From assembly GCF_009914755.1 (NCBI RefSeq), contig NC_060931.1: 64,000 bases of DNA, one strand, 5' to 3'. The translations under genes were made by a program, and so were the position numbers. Every line of letters begins with the position of its first letter. Within the stretch, counting starts at the first letter, position 1. The notes below the pieces were generated by a model, which made no database searches, was not told the DNA's origin, and saw only the letters and a list, made by a program, of their open reading frames with translations. This DNA is from the human T2T-CHM13v2.0 reference genome, Homo sapiens. Below are positions 1-12,010 of the stretch, piece after piece.

Positions 1-56
1 ATAACCAAATACCACCTGTACCCCAATAACCTATGGAAAATAATTTTTTAAAAAAA
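1..56 (+). mobile_element. 3' end of an L1PB-type LINE-1 (truncated by window edge)
   Basis: TAACCAAATACCACCTGTACCCCAATAACCTATGGAAAA followed by an A/T-rich tail resembles the L1PB 3' terminus. Confidence 0.75.
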
Positions 57-184
57 TATTTAAAATATATATTATTTTATTATTTATCTGTGGTTTTGTT
101 TTTGGCCTTAAAAACTTCTTTATTTGCTATTAATAGAGCAACACAAACATTCTTTGGTTGATGTTTGCATTAAATAGTTGCTCT

Positions 185-345
185 GGTACATTTCTTAGCT
201 CAGAGTCTCTCATAAGGCCACAAGGTTTAACTAAGGATTAAGCTTAAAAGAGTCCTCCTGTGGCTTCACTGGCTGCTGACCACGGATATTAGGTCTTTAT
301 CCTATGGGCTTCTCCATTAGGACAGTTTGCGGTATGGCAGCTGTA
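185..345 (-). mobile_element. MLT1 (MaLR LTR, MLT1F-like) fragment
   Basis: Degenerate match to the MLT1F antisense core (GCTCAGAGTCTCTCATAAGG...GGGCTTCTCCATTAGG...ATGGCAGCTG); same motifs seen in the 53035-53564 copy. Confidence 0.55.
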
Positions 346-364
346 CTCTCTTTCTCTTTTTCTT

Positions 365-625
365 GGTTGCTGTGAAGGAAGTCAGCTGCCATGCTGTGAG
401 CTTCCATTGAAGACAGAAGTCTTCCTTCTAAATGCCACGTGAGTGAGCATGGAAGTCAAGCCATGCAATGACTGTCACTCTGGCTAGCACCTTGATTGCA
501 ATCTTCTGAGAGGCCCTGGTCCAAAGTCACCCTGCAAAACCAATGCCCAGAATTACTGACATATTTATTTCAAGCTAATAAATTATAGGCGTAATTTGTA
601 ATATGCAGAAATAGATAACTATTAC
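365..625 (+). mobile_element. MLT1 (MaLR LTR, MLT1E/F-like) 3' half
   Basis: GTCAGCTGCCATGCTGTGAG...CACCTTGATTGCAATCTTCTGAGAG...GTAATTTGTAATATGCAGAAATAGATAACTA, the typical MLT1 3' end. Confidence 0.7.
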
Positions 626-684
626 GTAGATCAAATGAAAAGATTTTCCAATGTGTAGAAACTACATAAATTCTTTTCTTACAG

Positions 685-1625
685 GACAATCTTATTCTAA
701 TCAATAACATTTGCTTTTAAGGCAGATAATCCTCCAAGTTTTCTAATGATATCTGAAACTATTAACTGATTCTGTGAATTATGAAATCTGAAAAGGAATT
801 GGAAGTTGCTAAAAATCTATCATTTGCATTGACCAGTGTGAAGCACAGTGGAATGAGAATGCGTGCCCTGACACCAAAGAAAAATAAGTGACTGGAAAGC
901 TGAAGAATCACCGGCTTCAGTGACATGGAACCCAGTGATTTGATTTTTGACGAGTATCGGGTGACTTTGAGGTGGTCAAGAAACCACACTTTAAGAACAA
1001 TGTCCAAAAAGGGGAAAAAAAAGAGCAACCAAAGAAAAAAAATCCATAAAATTGCACAGAAGAAAAGAAAGAAAAATAAAATACACAATATGGACGATGG
1101 AGAAAAACAGTTACATTTCTTTATGGATCAAGAAGTTTGTGTACACATAATCTCATTTTGAGATATATAACTATTTTTGTCTTTCAGAAGTGAATCAAAA
1201 TATTTCAAAATGCTGTCTTATGAAACTACAATATTCTCACAGATTAGAAAAGTTTTTCTGTAAAAGTCAGATAGTAAATATTTTAGGTTTTGCAGTGTCT
1301 TTTGCAACTACTCAACTTTCCTACTGTAGCACAAGAGTAGCTGTGGTACTGTGCAAATAAATTGCTTGTGTTCCAATAAAGCTTCATTTACAAAAACATG
1401 CCATGGGCCATATTTGGCCTGTACACTGTTGTTTGCCAAGTCCTAATATAGTTGCTTAGCAAGTATTGTGAGCTATTTGAGGAAGACATGAAAGTTCATT
1501 GGGTTGCTAAAAAGTATGTAGAAATTCAAAGGAAAATTAAAATTTAGGCTAAGTTATAATACACTGTTTTAACAATTGTAAAATGTAAGAGAAATTTACA
1601 AATAAAAATCCCAAATAAAAGTCTT
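685..1625 (+). other. Candidate 3'-terminal exon/3'UTR of an unidentified upstream transcript
   Basis: Acceptor TTCTTTTCTTACAG|G at 671-685, mostly unique sequence, tandem AATAAA at 1601 and 1614 followed by GT-rich GTCTTCTTGT; no transcript evidence available. Confidence 0.3.
1238..1445. mobile_element. MER58A (hAT-Charlie MITE)
   Basis: TTTTTCTGTAAAAGTCAGATAGTAAATATTTTAGG...GTGTTCCAATAAAGCTTCATTTACAAAAACA...GTTTGCCAAGTCCT; opposite orientation to the copy at 60394. Confidence 0.85.
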
Positions 1626-2627
1626 CTTGTCAGGTAGATTCTGAGAAGCAAAGAATAGTTAAAAAGTAATAAGCTACTTTTAGTCCTTAAAAGAAAAGAT
1701 GTTTCTTCTGAATAGCTTTATAGTAGTTATTAAGATTATAACATGTGCTGAGCAAATCTTAGTAGAGGGAGAAATAATATTTTTAACTTGCATCTAAAGA
1801 ATATTAGTAGAAAATCTTACATCTGGGGAATGGAAAATGTCTCATTAAAATAAAGAGAGGACATCTACATCCTTTTCATTGACTCTAAAAACATGGCTTA
1901 CTTCTTTGGAAAAGGTTTCTGGTTGCAGATTCAAAATATATCATCAGTGACCAAATGTCAAGGGTTAAGAGATGTTCAATGAAATGTGGTTAGTGAAATG
2001 TCATGTGGCAGAATTCTGATGGTGAAATGCTATAAAATGAGGGGTCATGGCAACCTGTGGTGTGAAAGAAAATGTCAGTGATGGAATAGAACAGTAAATA
2101 ACCCTATCCTGCTTGTTATCTAAATGGAGACTTGGCAGTTCATTTCATTTTCACCTGATCACTTCAATTCCTCCCTCTTTATGCACATATCAGTGCCCCT
2201 TTGCTCACTCTTTCTTTTTCCCACATATATTTTAAGTGATACATTTTTAATGCTTTTAAAAGTTGAATAAAAAATGATAGAAATCCTAGCTAGCTATTTT
2301 TTTTCTCACAACAAACCCTGCTAAACAAAAGATAGTAAGCGTAAGATATCATAATATGATAGAAGGTTGTCCTTGAGCCAATTAGATTCTGGAAAATTAC
2401 TCATGGTTGTTCAACCTTACAGTCTTATTAAGAGAAAGGAAATATGAGGTCTGATTTTATGCTTTCTGTAATTTTTTTTCATGTGCTCTAACACACTTTA
2501 TCTGATTTGTGATATTTATGATGTCTCCCCACGTATTTGTGAGTATTGCTGCTCATACATTCTGTGGTCAAAACATGTTCAATGTGCCAGAAGTCAGGGA
2601 AGTTTGGAAGTAGAAATTGCTTTGGAA

Positions 2628-3900
2628 GGTGTGATAGGCTATTACTTTGGTCACCAGCCATATGAACCAGCCTCACGGTATCCTCATCCTTGTATAATCT
2701 CCCCTCTTTACATATGGGCTGGCCCTGAAATCTGCTTTAAGGAATAAAATGCAGCAGAAGTGACAATGTGCCAGTTCTGAGCCGAAGCTTTAGGAAAACC
2801 TAGAGGCTTTTTCTTTTGCGCTTTCTACTTTTGCGTTTGGGGAAAGCCAGCAGCCATTTAAGAAGTCCAGTTACCTTGGGAACACTATGCAGTGAGGGAG
2901 GTCAAGCTGACCATGTGAAGAGTCCACATGGTAAATAAATGAGGTACCCCTTCCTCATTCCTCTTAGTTGAAATAGTTAGTGTGGCTCAACGTAAATTTA
3001 AACAGAAGCCTTCAGCACCTATCATTATACAAGACCTATTTACATAAAGACCTATTTACATTTATTATCCCCACTTCTCCATTTAATAGTAAAATTTGGC
3101 CTCTTCTTATACTTAGCATAAATGAGTAATATCAAACAGTGCACTAACCCAACCTTAATACCTTGTTCACATCCATTAAGGCCTCCATACCCAATATTAC
3201 TGAAATTACTGACCGTACAAACAGTAATCTGTAAATATTTTGTTACTGTAGATTACAACAAAAGACTCTGGAAGCTGTTCAAATTGGGATACAACAGGCA
3301 TTCCTATTATTGCCCCCAGAGACTCCTTTATTGTAGAGGCTTTGGCAACTTCCTCATATCTTTTGGAGTTTCTGGATTATCTACCATGGCTATAAGTTGT
3401 CCTTAGGCTTCACATGTAAGGAACTGCTCTTCTTAGCTTATGCTACATGTCATTAGAGTGGCAGCTTCTGTCCACACACTGGGCACATGACCTTCCATAT
3501 CCAGCTGTCATGGAAGCAGCAACCCTCAAGTTCAATAAGACTACTAGGTCCTATTTGTTACAGGATAAAGCCAAGCCTGGGACCTCTGGCATATCCCAGC
3601 TGTAGGAGGGGTTGCTCTCCTCAGTTCTTAGTCCCTTGCTATATGCCAGAATATTTGAAGGCACCCTGAAATAACAAGAGGAGAAGCCCCAGACCTACGA
3701 CCCCAGTCTAACTGATGTATCCATCCCCCAGCCATTTTGCTTGCACCAGTTGATGCCATGTGATGCAGAAATAAGCTAAACTATCCCCAGCATCCTCTGT
3801 CTAAATTCCTGCCCCACAGAATTGTGAGCATGCAACACAGCAATTGTTTTAAGCCCCTGCATTTTGGGATAAATAGGTAGAAAAAATAGATAATTGATAT
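2628..3900 (+). mobile_element. MLT1H/G-like LTR split by a ~700-bp insert (2628-2950 and 3660-3900)
   Basis: 5' half has GCAGCAGAAGTGACAATGTGCCAGTTCTGAGCC; 3' half has AAATTCCTGCCCCACAGAATTGTGAGC...TTGTTTTAAGCC...ATAGATAA. Confidence 0.75.
2955..3659 (+). repeat. Inverted duplicate of 5726-6732 (ERVL pol fragment), ~90% identical
   Basis: Direct reverse-complement match along its length. Conceptual translation gives [12 protein letters not shown] and QQKTLEAVQIGIQQA, resembling ERVL reverse transcriptase and connection domain. Confidence 0.95.
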
Positions 3901-4711
3901 AGAAGAAAATGCTCAACAACAGGAAAAGCTGGGAAAAGATAAAGCCCTTGATAACCTAATAATGTTCTTGAGGGAAATCAAGGAACTGTCATTGTGTACA
4001 TCCAAACACGCTCCACTATAGTTGCCCTCAGACTATTCATGTACTGTTACACCAAGTAGCTTCCTAACAAAAGTGGTAAGATAATATGGTCTTATCAAGC
4101 AGTGCAGGGAAATATGATTTTTAGTTTGTGGGACATAGGTCCTGTCTAAGAGACAGGGAATAGAAAGATTTCTTTTCCAGGTTACTTTTAATAGAAAAGT
4201 CAAGAAGCAGAGCAGAATTTGCTAAGGTTTACATATCTATATTTTGCAATTGGTAAAGAAAAAAATTGACATAGGGAAGGTACTATGATCAACCTCCAAA
4301 ACAAAATGGATATTCTTCAAAATTTGGTCTGTATGTTAAAATTGATGACACTGCAGACTTTTTGGAGAAGTCAGAGCAGGCTTTCCAAGTTGGTCCAAAA
4401 ATGTCTTTAAAAATCATGAAAATGAGACATGCTTGTGAGTTGTACAGTGCTTAGGGGGTGGGACTGGCATAACGGTTTCCTTGCAGGGAGTTTACCTGGT
4501 CTGAATTCAGAAGGAGCATGCAGGATTTCTTATGAGCTTGCCCAGAAGTGGAGCAAAGGGCAAATGGAAGTGGTGAGGCTTAGAAGTTATCAGTAGTCAA
4601 ACATCAAAAAAGGAGTCAGATTCTTTATTACAACCCACCCTTAATGTTTGCCCAATAACTGAAATGTACCATGTTCATTTAATTGAATTTGATTTATTTA
4701 AGTTAGCCATT

Positions 4712-5099
4712 TGTATTAGTTAGGGTTCTCCAGAGAAACAGAACAAGTAAGATATACATAAAATTGGCTCATGCAACTGTGGAGGCTGACAGATCCCAGG
4801 ATCTGTAGTCAGCAAGCTGGAGATCCAGTGATATCATTCCAGTCTTAATCCACAGGCCTGAGAACCAAGAAACTAGATGATATAAGTTCCAGTTTGAGTC
4901 TGAATCCAAACTCAGAAGAAGATCAATGTCCCAGTCAGGCAGAGAGAAGAGTGAATTCTTCCTTATTCAGCCTTTTCATTCTATTCAGGACTTCAAAGTG
5001 TTGAATGAGACCACCTTCGTAGACACACTCAGAATATTTAACCAAATATCTGGACACATTGTGGCCCCATGGAGTTGACACATAGAAGTCGCCATTACA
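4712..5099 (-). mobile_element. MLT2 (ERVL) solo LTR nested in the provirus
   Basis: Starts TGTATTAGTTAGGGTTCTCCAGAGAAACAGAAC, ends CCATTACA; perfect 5-bp TSD CCATT (4707-4711, 5100-5104). Confidence 0.9.
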
Positions 5100-6296
5100 C
5101 CATTATAGCCCTCTATGAAGCCTGTAGCCTGAGGCTGACAACAAGGAAAGTAAAATGTCCCTTGAATGCCTTATTCAAAAGCCCAGTAATTATACATTCT
5201 GAAAAGCAAATTGAGTGCCTTTGTCACTATCAATGTCTGAAACTCTGAAGAGGATAAGGAGTGTCTTGGTGAGGCTTTGGATTGTGGCTTTAGTATGTAC
5301 AGAGATATATGTGGCATTGATTTTTTTTGGTATCTGTGAGGCAATATATTATCAGAGTTCTTTATCGTAAAGGAGGCATCCATGGATAAAGAATTGTTAT
5401 TGTTGCCATCAAGTGGATCTGGCAGCTGGACTATTTGCAATGGGCCATAAAACCATACAATTGTGTGGATAAAGCTTATTGTTGGCCAGGATATCCAGTC
5501 CTAAGATGATGGCTAAAGTTTGATCAATTACGTTGACCCTATATCTTGCCTTTATTGAGGATATCCTGGTTAAGGAAGAGAAAGCAGTGGCTCTCCAGGG
5601 AATACCATCACTAGTGATAGTGACAATGCCATCTATAAACTTTACAAATTTTCTTTGCTGTTCATTCAGTTGATACCAAGGGGCTTACTCAAGTAATTAG
5701 GGGTTCTTAGGGGAAGGGTTACTTGTTCAAACACTCTGGCATATAGCAAGGGACTAAGAACTGAAGAGAGCAACCCCTCCTACAGCTGGGATATGCCAGA
5801 GGTCCCAGGCTTGGTTCTATCCTGTAACAACAAGGACCTAGTAGTCTCATTGAGCTTGAGGGTTGTTGCTTCCATGATAGCTGGATATGGAAGATCATAT
5901 GCCCAGTGTGTGGACAGAAGCTGCCACTCTAATGGCATATAGCATAAGCTAAGGAGAGCAGTTTCTTATATCTTAAGTCTAAGGACAATTTATAGCCATG
6001 GTAGATGATCTGGAAACTACAAAAGATATGAGAGGAAATTGCCAGAGCCTCTACAAAAAAGGAGTCTCTGGGGGCAATAATAGGAATGCCTGTTGTATCA
6101 CAATTTGAACAGTTTCCAGAATCTTTTGTTGTAGTTTACAGTAATAAAATATTTACAAGTGACTGTTTGTACAGTCAGTAATTTCAGTAATATTGGGTAT
6201 GGGGACCTTAATGGATGGGACCAAGGTATTAAGGTTGGGGTAGTGCACTGTTTGATACTATTCATTTATGCTAAGTATAAGAAGAGGGAAAATTTT

Positions 6297-6583
6297 TGGG
6301 AGAACGAGGCGGGTGGATCACTTGAGGTCAGAAGTTCAAGACCAGCCTGGCCAACATGGCGAAACCCTGCCTCTACTAACAATACAAAAATTAGCCAGGT
6401 GTGGTGGCATGGGCCTGTAATCCCAGCTGCTCAGGAGGCTGAAAGGCAGGGGAATTGCTTGAACCTGGGAGGCAGAGGTTTCAGTGAGCTGAGATCGTGC
6501 AGCTCCACTCCACCCTGGGTGACAAAGTGAGACTGTCTCAAAAAAAAAAAAAAAAAAAAATAATAATAATAATAATAATAAAT
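6297..6583 (+). mobile_element. AluS (Sx/Sz-like), 5'-truncated, with A/(TAA)n tail
   Basis: Alu body; 15-bp TSD AAGAGGGAAAATTTT (6282-6296) / AAGAGGCCAAATTTT (6584-6598). Confidence 0.95.
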
Positions 6584-8639
6584 AAGAGGCCAAATTTTAC
6601 TATTAAATGGAGAAGTGGGGATACTAAATATAAACAGGTCTTTATGTAAATAGGTCTTGTATAATAATAGGTGCTGAAGGCTTCTGTTTTAATTTACATT
6701 AAGCCACATTGACTATTTCAACTAAGAGGAATAGGTTGAGGGCATGTCTATATAGTCCTATTTCTCAAGTAAATTTGTAATGACAAAGACTTAAATTTAA
6801 TTTACTCCATGTTAGACCAGAGTGTTTCTGCTCACCATGCAATATTTTGGGACCATGGGTGCTCTGAATATGAAGAATTTAGGTAATGTAGTAGTATCAA
6901 AGGTTAAAGTGCCCTCTATTTTATGTTCAGTAACTCCCCTGAGATTATGGGGGTACTTTGTTTAAATTTAGTGGTATTCCCCAAGTATAACTGTAATTCA
7001 AGCCCCAGTATTGATTATGGCCGTGAAGGTTTGTCAACTGGTGTATCTCAGCTTCTTAAAGTTAATTTAAAATCCTACATTATAGAGGCATAGAAGCAAG
7101 TCAGTATCTCTTTATCTTTGTTGTTTAAATTCTTTTAGTATATTCTGGATTCTTCCAGAAATCTTCAAATCAGTATTGTCCGGGTTAGGAGCCTCCTTAA
7201 TAACAATGATTGAATTAACCCTTGGTTGTGCCACAGGAATGCCATGGGTTTTTCTCTATACTCCTAAAGGTGAGAATCTTTTTGGCAAAAGAGATGTAAG
7301 AGAATAGCAGCAGCACCAGCAAAGGCATTTTGTAGAGTCCTAATGAGCCATCTGCCTTTTTGGGTATAGACACTAATAATTCAAATTTTCAAATAACTTC
7401 TATTCAAATAGGGGCCATTTATCCTCCATGTGAGTGAGCACTCAGTAAAGCTATATATCTCACAGGGTATAGTCTTTGTACTGAGCTAGCTGTAGAATAA
7501 GGCCTATACTTGTTTGAAACACACCAGGTCACAATTGGCCACAGGATAAGGATTGTTCCCTTCACCTAATGACAGTCACATGCTATGCTAGAATTGAAAC
7601 ACATGATTTCATCTAAAATACACAGATAGGTCTGGGCCAAAACAGATGACACAGGGCCACCCTAATGCTGTCCTAAAACCTATATTCCCTTCTTAAAAAC
7701 TCAATTAGTTACTAAAATTTCTGATATAGATTGGTTAAACCTCTAACAGAGGCTCAGTAGAATGCAGCAAATGCAGCACAAAGCTGCACAGCTCAAAGCA
7801 CAGGCTACTCAGCAGGAGCAGCTCAAAATGTATGCTTGCCATTAGGCAGCCAAAGAAAGAGAAGAAAGACTCCCAGCAATGGTGCCCATTGTCTATACAT
7901 CCCACTCTCAAAGCAAATTGTCAGCATCCTGTGGAAACAGGGGCCATGCCATAGGGACAGAATAGATCTTTACCAAAATTTGGTTTGAATGTCAAGTATG
8001 AAGACCCTAGACACACACCAAAAGGGTATAACAAAAATTTATTACTTAATATGGTAAGGCTTTCTGGGGAGAGGAAAGCAATCTCCCCAAACAGGTTCAA
8101 AAATCAATTGAGAGAATAGAAAAAGGAGGCTGGCTTACAGTTTTTATGGTGATTAAGGAGTGATCGGAGGGGGCTTATATGGTTTGAATTTTCTTCTAAA
8201 GGAGGGAAGATCTGGGATTTTTTTTTTTATCAGCTTGCCCAGATGTGGAGTAAAAAAGGAAAAAGAAAGAGTAAGGCTTAAATGTTATCTAAACATTAAA
8301 AAATTGAGTCAGACTCCTTATTATAAAAGGACTTCTGGACAGAACTATTCATAGTGGAGTGAATTGCCAAGAAAAAGTACAGACTATATGAGTTTAGGGG
8401 AGTTGAGAGGATGTCCTACTGTGGAAGACGCTATGATGAGTCACTTCAGAGGACAGCTGGGACAGCTTTATAAATATAAAACCTTCCAAAGGGAAACAAA
8501 AGGACAAAAGCAATGAAAAGAGCCTCAAAATGCAACTTTTCCTGAAAAGTGAGGCTTTTATTTCTCTAATCTTGTGGAAATTTAAGAAGCCTAATTTAAA
8601 AGATAAGAACTTACATAATCAACATTCACACCATATACC

Positions 8640-8950
8640 ATATGGATTAGTGTGTCTGTCTAACACGTGGTACCTAGGACAACGACTGGCATAGAGTGAG
8701 TACTGTGCAAACATTAGCTAAATTAATAAATGAATTTTATGGAAATTTAGACTTTAAAGAGTACTTTCTGATAATTTGTCTCATTTGATATTTAAATGTA
8801 TTCTCTGAGAAATACACTATTGTCTCCATCTTACAATAAGGGAACTGAGGTTCAGAAAAATAATGCCTTTACTCAAATTCAGGCCATGAAAGAACAAAGG
8901 TTCAAGTCCAGTTATTTCAAAAGTCTTATCTGTTCCTTACCAAAGTACAC
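8640..8950. mobile_element. L2 3'-end fragment (+) followed by MIR (-)
   Basis: L2-like TGGCATAGAGTGAGTACT...AATAAATGAA; MIR core CTCCATCTTACAATAAGGGAACTGAGGTTCAGA. Confidence 0.6.
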
Positions 8951-9231
8951 TACTTCTGCCAGGAATATAGATAGTAGATCTCTATCTGGAAATAAATAAA
9001 ATAATCTCTTAGGGTACCTTCTAGTTCTTTTATTTTTCTCATTTTCAAAATTCTGCTTCATAGTTTAAAGGTTGCTTTGGTGAATGGTAGAAATTTTCTT
9101 AGCCATATCTAATTTTAATATCACTTACACTCCAATCATTCACAAACACTAGTTCAAACACTCTAGGCCTGGAGTAATACTAATTTTTCCAGTAACACTT
9201 ATTGAAAGTACAGATTCAGGTCTTCAAAAGG

Positions 9232-9351
9232 ATTCATTTATTATATCATTTATTATTATTATATCATATATCATATATTATATCATATATCATTATTATA
9301 TCATATATCATATGTCATTATTATATCATTTATTATTATCATTCATTTATT
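9232..9351. repeat. AT-rich degenerate tandem repeat (TATATCA/TTA units)
   Basis: Visible reiteration of TATATCA and TTATTA. Confidence 0.9.
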
Positions 9352-9856
9352 GACACCCCCAGGTAAAATATTCTGAAAATTTTTGGAGATTCAAAGGAAA
9401 ATAAACTATTTTCAAAGTGCTAATTTATTTCCTTATAAGTCAATGCAAAATTACATCAATGAGATGAGTTTTAATTGACTATAACTAGAAGTGGAATTTA
9501 TTTAAAAGTCCTTATTACTCTGATTGCTCAATCTATAGTCAACTTTCAAGTTCAGAAGCTTAGTGAGATGTGTCCTTTAAATGGTTGGGTCATATGAAAA
9601 CCTTCACAGGATGGCAAACGATTTTTTCAAGGAACAAAGTTTATCATCAATAGTAAAATGCTGAGTTATATTTTGTTATTAATTTTGTCCTCTCAGGAGA
9701 TGATTTTCGAAACAATGTAGCAAAAATTTCCATCTACACTTTGATTTCGGAATCATCTAACAATTGAATCCCTGCTGTTGTTATTTCATCTATTAATGTC
9801 CTAGATGTCTCAGATAACATTGCCAGGTGTCTTGAGAGCATTCGTCTCTTGGATGG

Positions 9857-10235
9857 TGTATTAGTCCGTTCTCATACTACTATAAAGAAGTACCTGAGAC
9901 TGCGTAATTTTTAAAGGAAAGAGGTTTAATTGGCTCACAGTTCCACATTGCTAGGGAGGCCTCAGGAAACTTACAACCACGGTGGAAGGGGAAGCAGGCA
10001 TGGACCTTCTTCACATGGTGGCAGATGGCGGCAGGAGACAGAAGAGTGAATGAACAAAGGGGGAAGAACCCTTTATAAAACAATCAGATCTCGTGAGAAC
10101 TCACTCACTATTATGAGAACAGCTTGGGGGAAACTGCCCCCATGATTCAGTTACCTCCACGTGGTCTCTCCCTTGACATGTGGGGATTACAATTCAACAT
10201 GAGACTTTGCGTGGGGATGCAGAAAAACCATATCG
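9857..10235 (-). mobile_element. THE1D/MSTA-type MaLR solo LTR
   Basis: TGTATTAGTCCGTTCTC...TCAGATCTCGTGAGAACTCACTCACTA...AACCATATCG; perfect 5-bp TSD GATGG (9852-9856, 10236-10240). Confidence 0.93.
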
Positions 10236-10610
10236 GATGGAAAGTATTGTCATTGAACTAATTTGCCCCTCTTGGCACCTTTATTTTCTTAGACTCCTAA
10301 TAGATCGGCACATCAGACCATAGAACATATAAGTGCAGAACTATCTGATTCCTAAGGTAAAAACTGCTTAGATTCTCACCCTGAGACCCTTCAAGAAGTC
10401 TGGGTGGTAGCCTTCCAAATATGCATTTAACTTCAAAGAATACGATTTAGCTATTACAAAGGCACTGCTTTTTGTAGTTGATTGTGTGCCTAATAATTCC
10501 TGGAAGGTACATTTCTGAGCTCTAAAGAGATGTGATGATGTCACGATTTGTGGACCCTGCCATTATTAGATGATAACAAACACAAGGCGATCCCTCTCCT
10601 TTACTTGTTT

Positions 10611-10613
<3 letters not shown>

Positions 10614-10653
<40 letters not shown>

Positions 10654-10668
10654 CATGTGTGTGTGTGT
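10614..10668. repeat. (TG)n(CG)n microsatellite
   Basis: Continuous alternating purine-pyrimidine run. Confidence 0.95.
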
Positions 10669-10964
10669 TGGTGGGAGGTGGCTATAATTTTCATAGCACA
10701 TGGCACTTATTATATTTTATTGTGGTTGCTATTCCTCTGCCAGGATAACTTAAAAGGCCTTAGACTTACAGATATTCCAGCGATGAGACAGTCGGTCCTA
10801 GATCAGCATAGGTCTGAGCCCCTTTCTCGCCCGTGCAGAATATGTAAAATGAACAAGTGATAAACTTTTGCTGAATTTATCTAATATTTTGGAGCAGTTT
10901 TGTTACTGCAGCATGATCTAGTCTACCCTATTAATATGCCATGTTATAATAACAAAGATAATTA

Positions 10965-12010
10965 ATCAATTAATTTATTTATCTGACATATAATGAGTAT
11001 CCACTAGTGCCAAGTATTGTTGCAAGACACTAGGATTATTGTGGTACATAATAAGTACATAGTCTATGTCCTCAGTGAGCTTATGGTCTAATGAAGAAAA
11101 TGTGCAAATAAACATCCAATGAGCGTTTAGCAAGCATCCAACATGTGCTGCAACTGCACCAGGAATTTGGTAGAAAAATATGATACAGAATTTTTAATAT
11201 AATTCTGGATACAGGCATGATAATAGATTATTATAATATATATTGAATATTCCAAGAAAATTTGTACAAAATATTTGAGGGGTAATGATAAGGAAGCAGT
11301 TAGTTGTCTTGAGATGTCATGGCAGGCTTCTCAGAGGAAGTAACATTTGGTCAGGAAAAGTGAGTGAAACTTCACCTGCTGAAAAGGTTGCTGTGGTAGC
11401 TATTAGCACTTCATCAAAAATATTTGGCTTTCTTCTTTCCATGCTAGGATTGCACTTCTCCCCTTTTTCAATTTTGAAATAACCATCTGCTTTTCTTTGG
11501 CCAATAAAATAGGAGTTCAATGGATGACTATGGCTGTTAGGTAAAAAAATTAACAGCTAGTACACAATTTGCCATAATCCTTTCTCACTTCTGCAGTGAT
11601 CATGGAAGCACATGTTGAAATAAAGTTTCTCCCAGTCTTGAAACCAGAGTGACTACAATGAGATGAGCCTCCCCAGCCCATGTTGCATGCATGAAAATAA
11701 ATTCCTATTTTTTTAATACACTGATGTGTGTAAGGTTATTTGTTATTACAAAATAATCTAACTAATTCTGACTGACACAGCATATTCCAGGCTGAGAGAA
11801 TAGCTTGTGCAGAAAGACCTGGAGCTGTGAAAGATCATGGTGCATTCCTGAAAGTGTAAATTCAGTGCGGTTTATGTTCAAGGTATGTGGGTTGCAAAAG
11901 GATGACAAAAAGATGAGGTTAGACGGGACAAAGTGTGAAAAGTCTTTTGTAAAAGCTTTTCTATTTTATTCTCTAAGCAAGAAAAATAACTCTCGAACAG
12001 TAATGGTCAA
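10965..12010 (-). mobile_element. L2 fragment interrupted by MLT1J
   Basis: L2 antisense motifs GTCCTCAGTGAGCTTATGGTCTA, GGCTTCTCAGAGGAAGTAACATTTG, then ATTCCAGGCTGAGAGAATAGCTTGTGCAGAA after the LTR. Confidence 0.65.
11392..11779 (+). mobile_element. MLT1J-like LTR
   Basis: TGTGGTAG start; TTATTTGTTATTACAAAATAATCTAACTAATTCTGACTGACACA end. Confidence 0.75.

Larger units (their letters stand above)
4290..8325 (-). mobile_element. Internally deleted ERVL-class provirus (LTR47/ERVL47-like) with two LTRs (~4290-4632 and ~7950-8325)
   Basis: Two homologous LTRs ending GAGTCAGA(T/C)TC(T/C)TTATTA(C/T)A. A polypurine tract (revcomp AAGGGTGGGT) abuts 4632, and degenerate pol lies in the internal region. 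Family name from recalled LTR47 start TGTAATAAAGAGTCTGACTCC. Confidence 0.7.

Noticed and set aside
3122-3406. 94-aa ORF in the ERVL pol fragment
   Set aside because: Frameshifted remnant; only a short stretch is in the RT frame and the YxDD region is deleted
6159-6593. ORFs of 123 and 85 aa, plus similar ORFs at 22702, 38186, 55568, 56968, 59328 and 60129
   Set aside because: Standard Alu-derived reading frames
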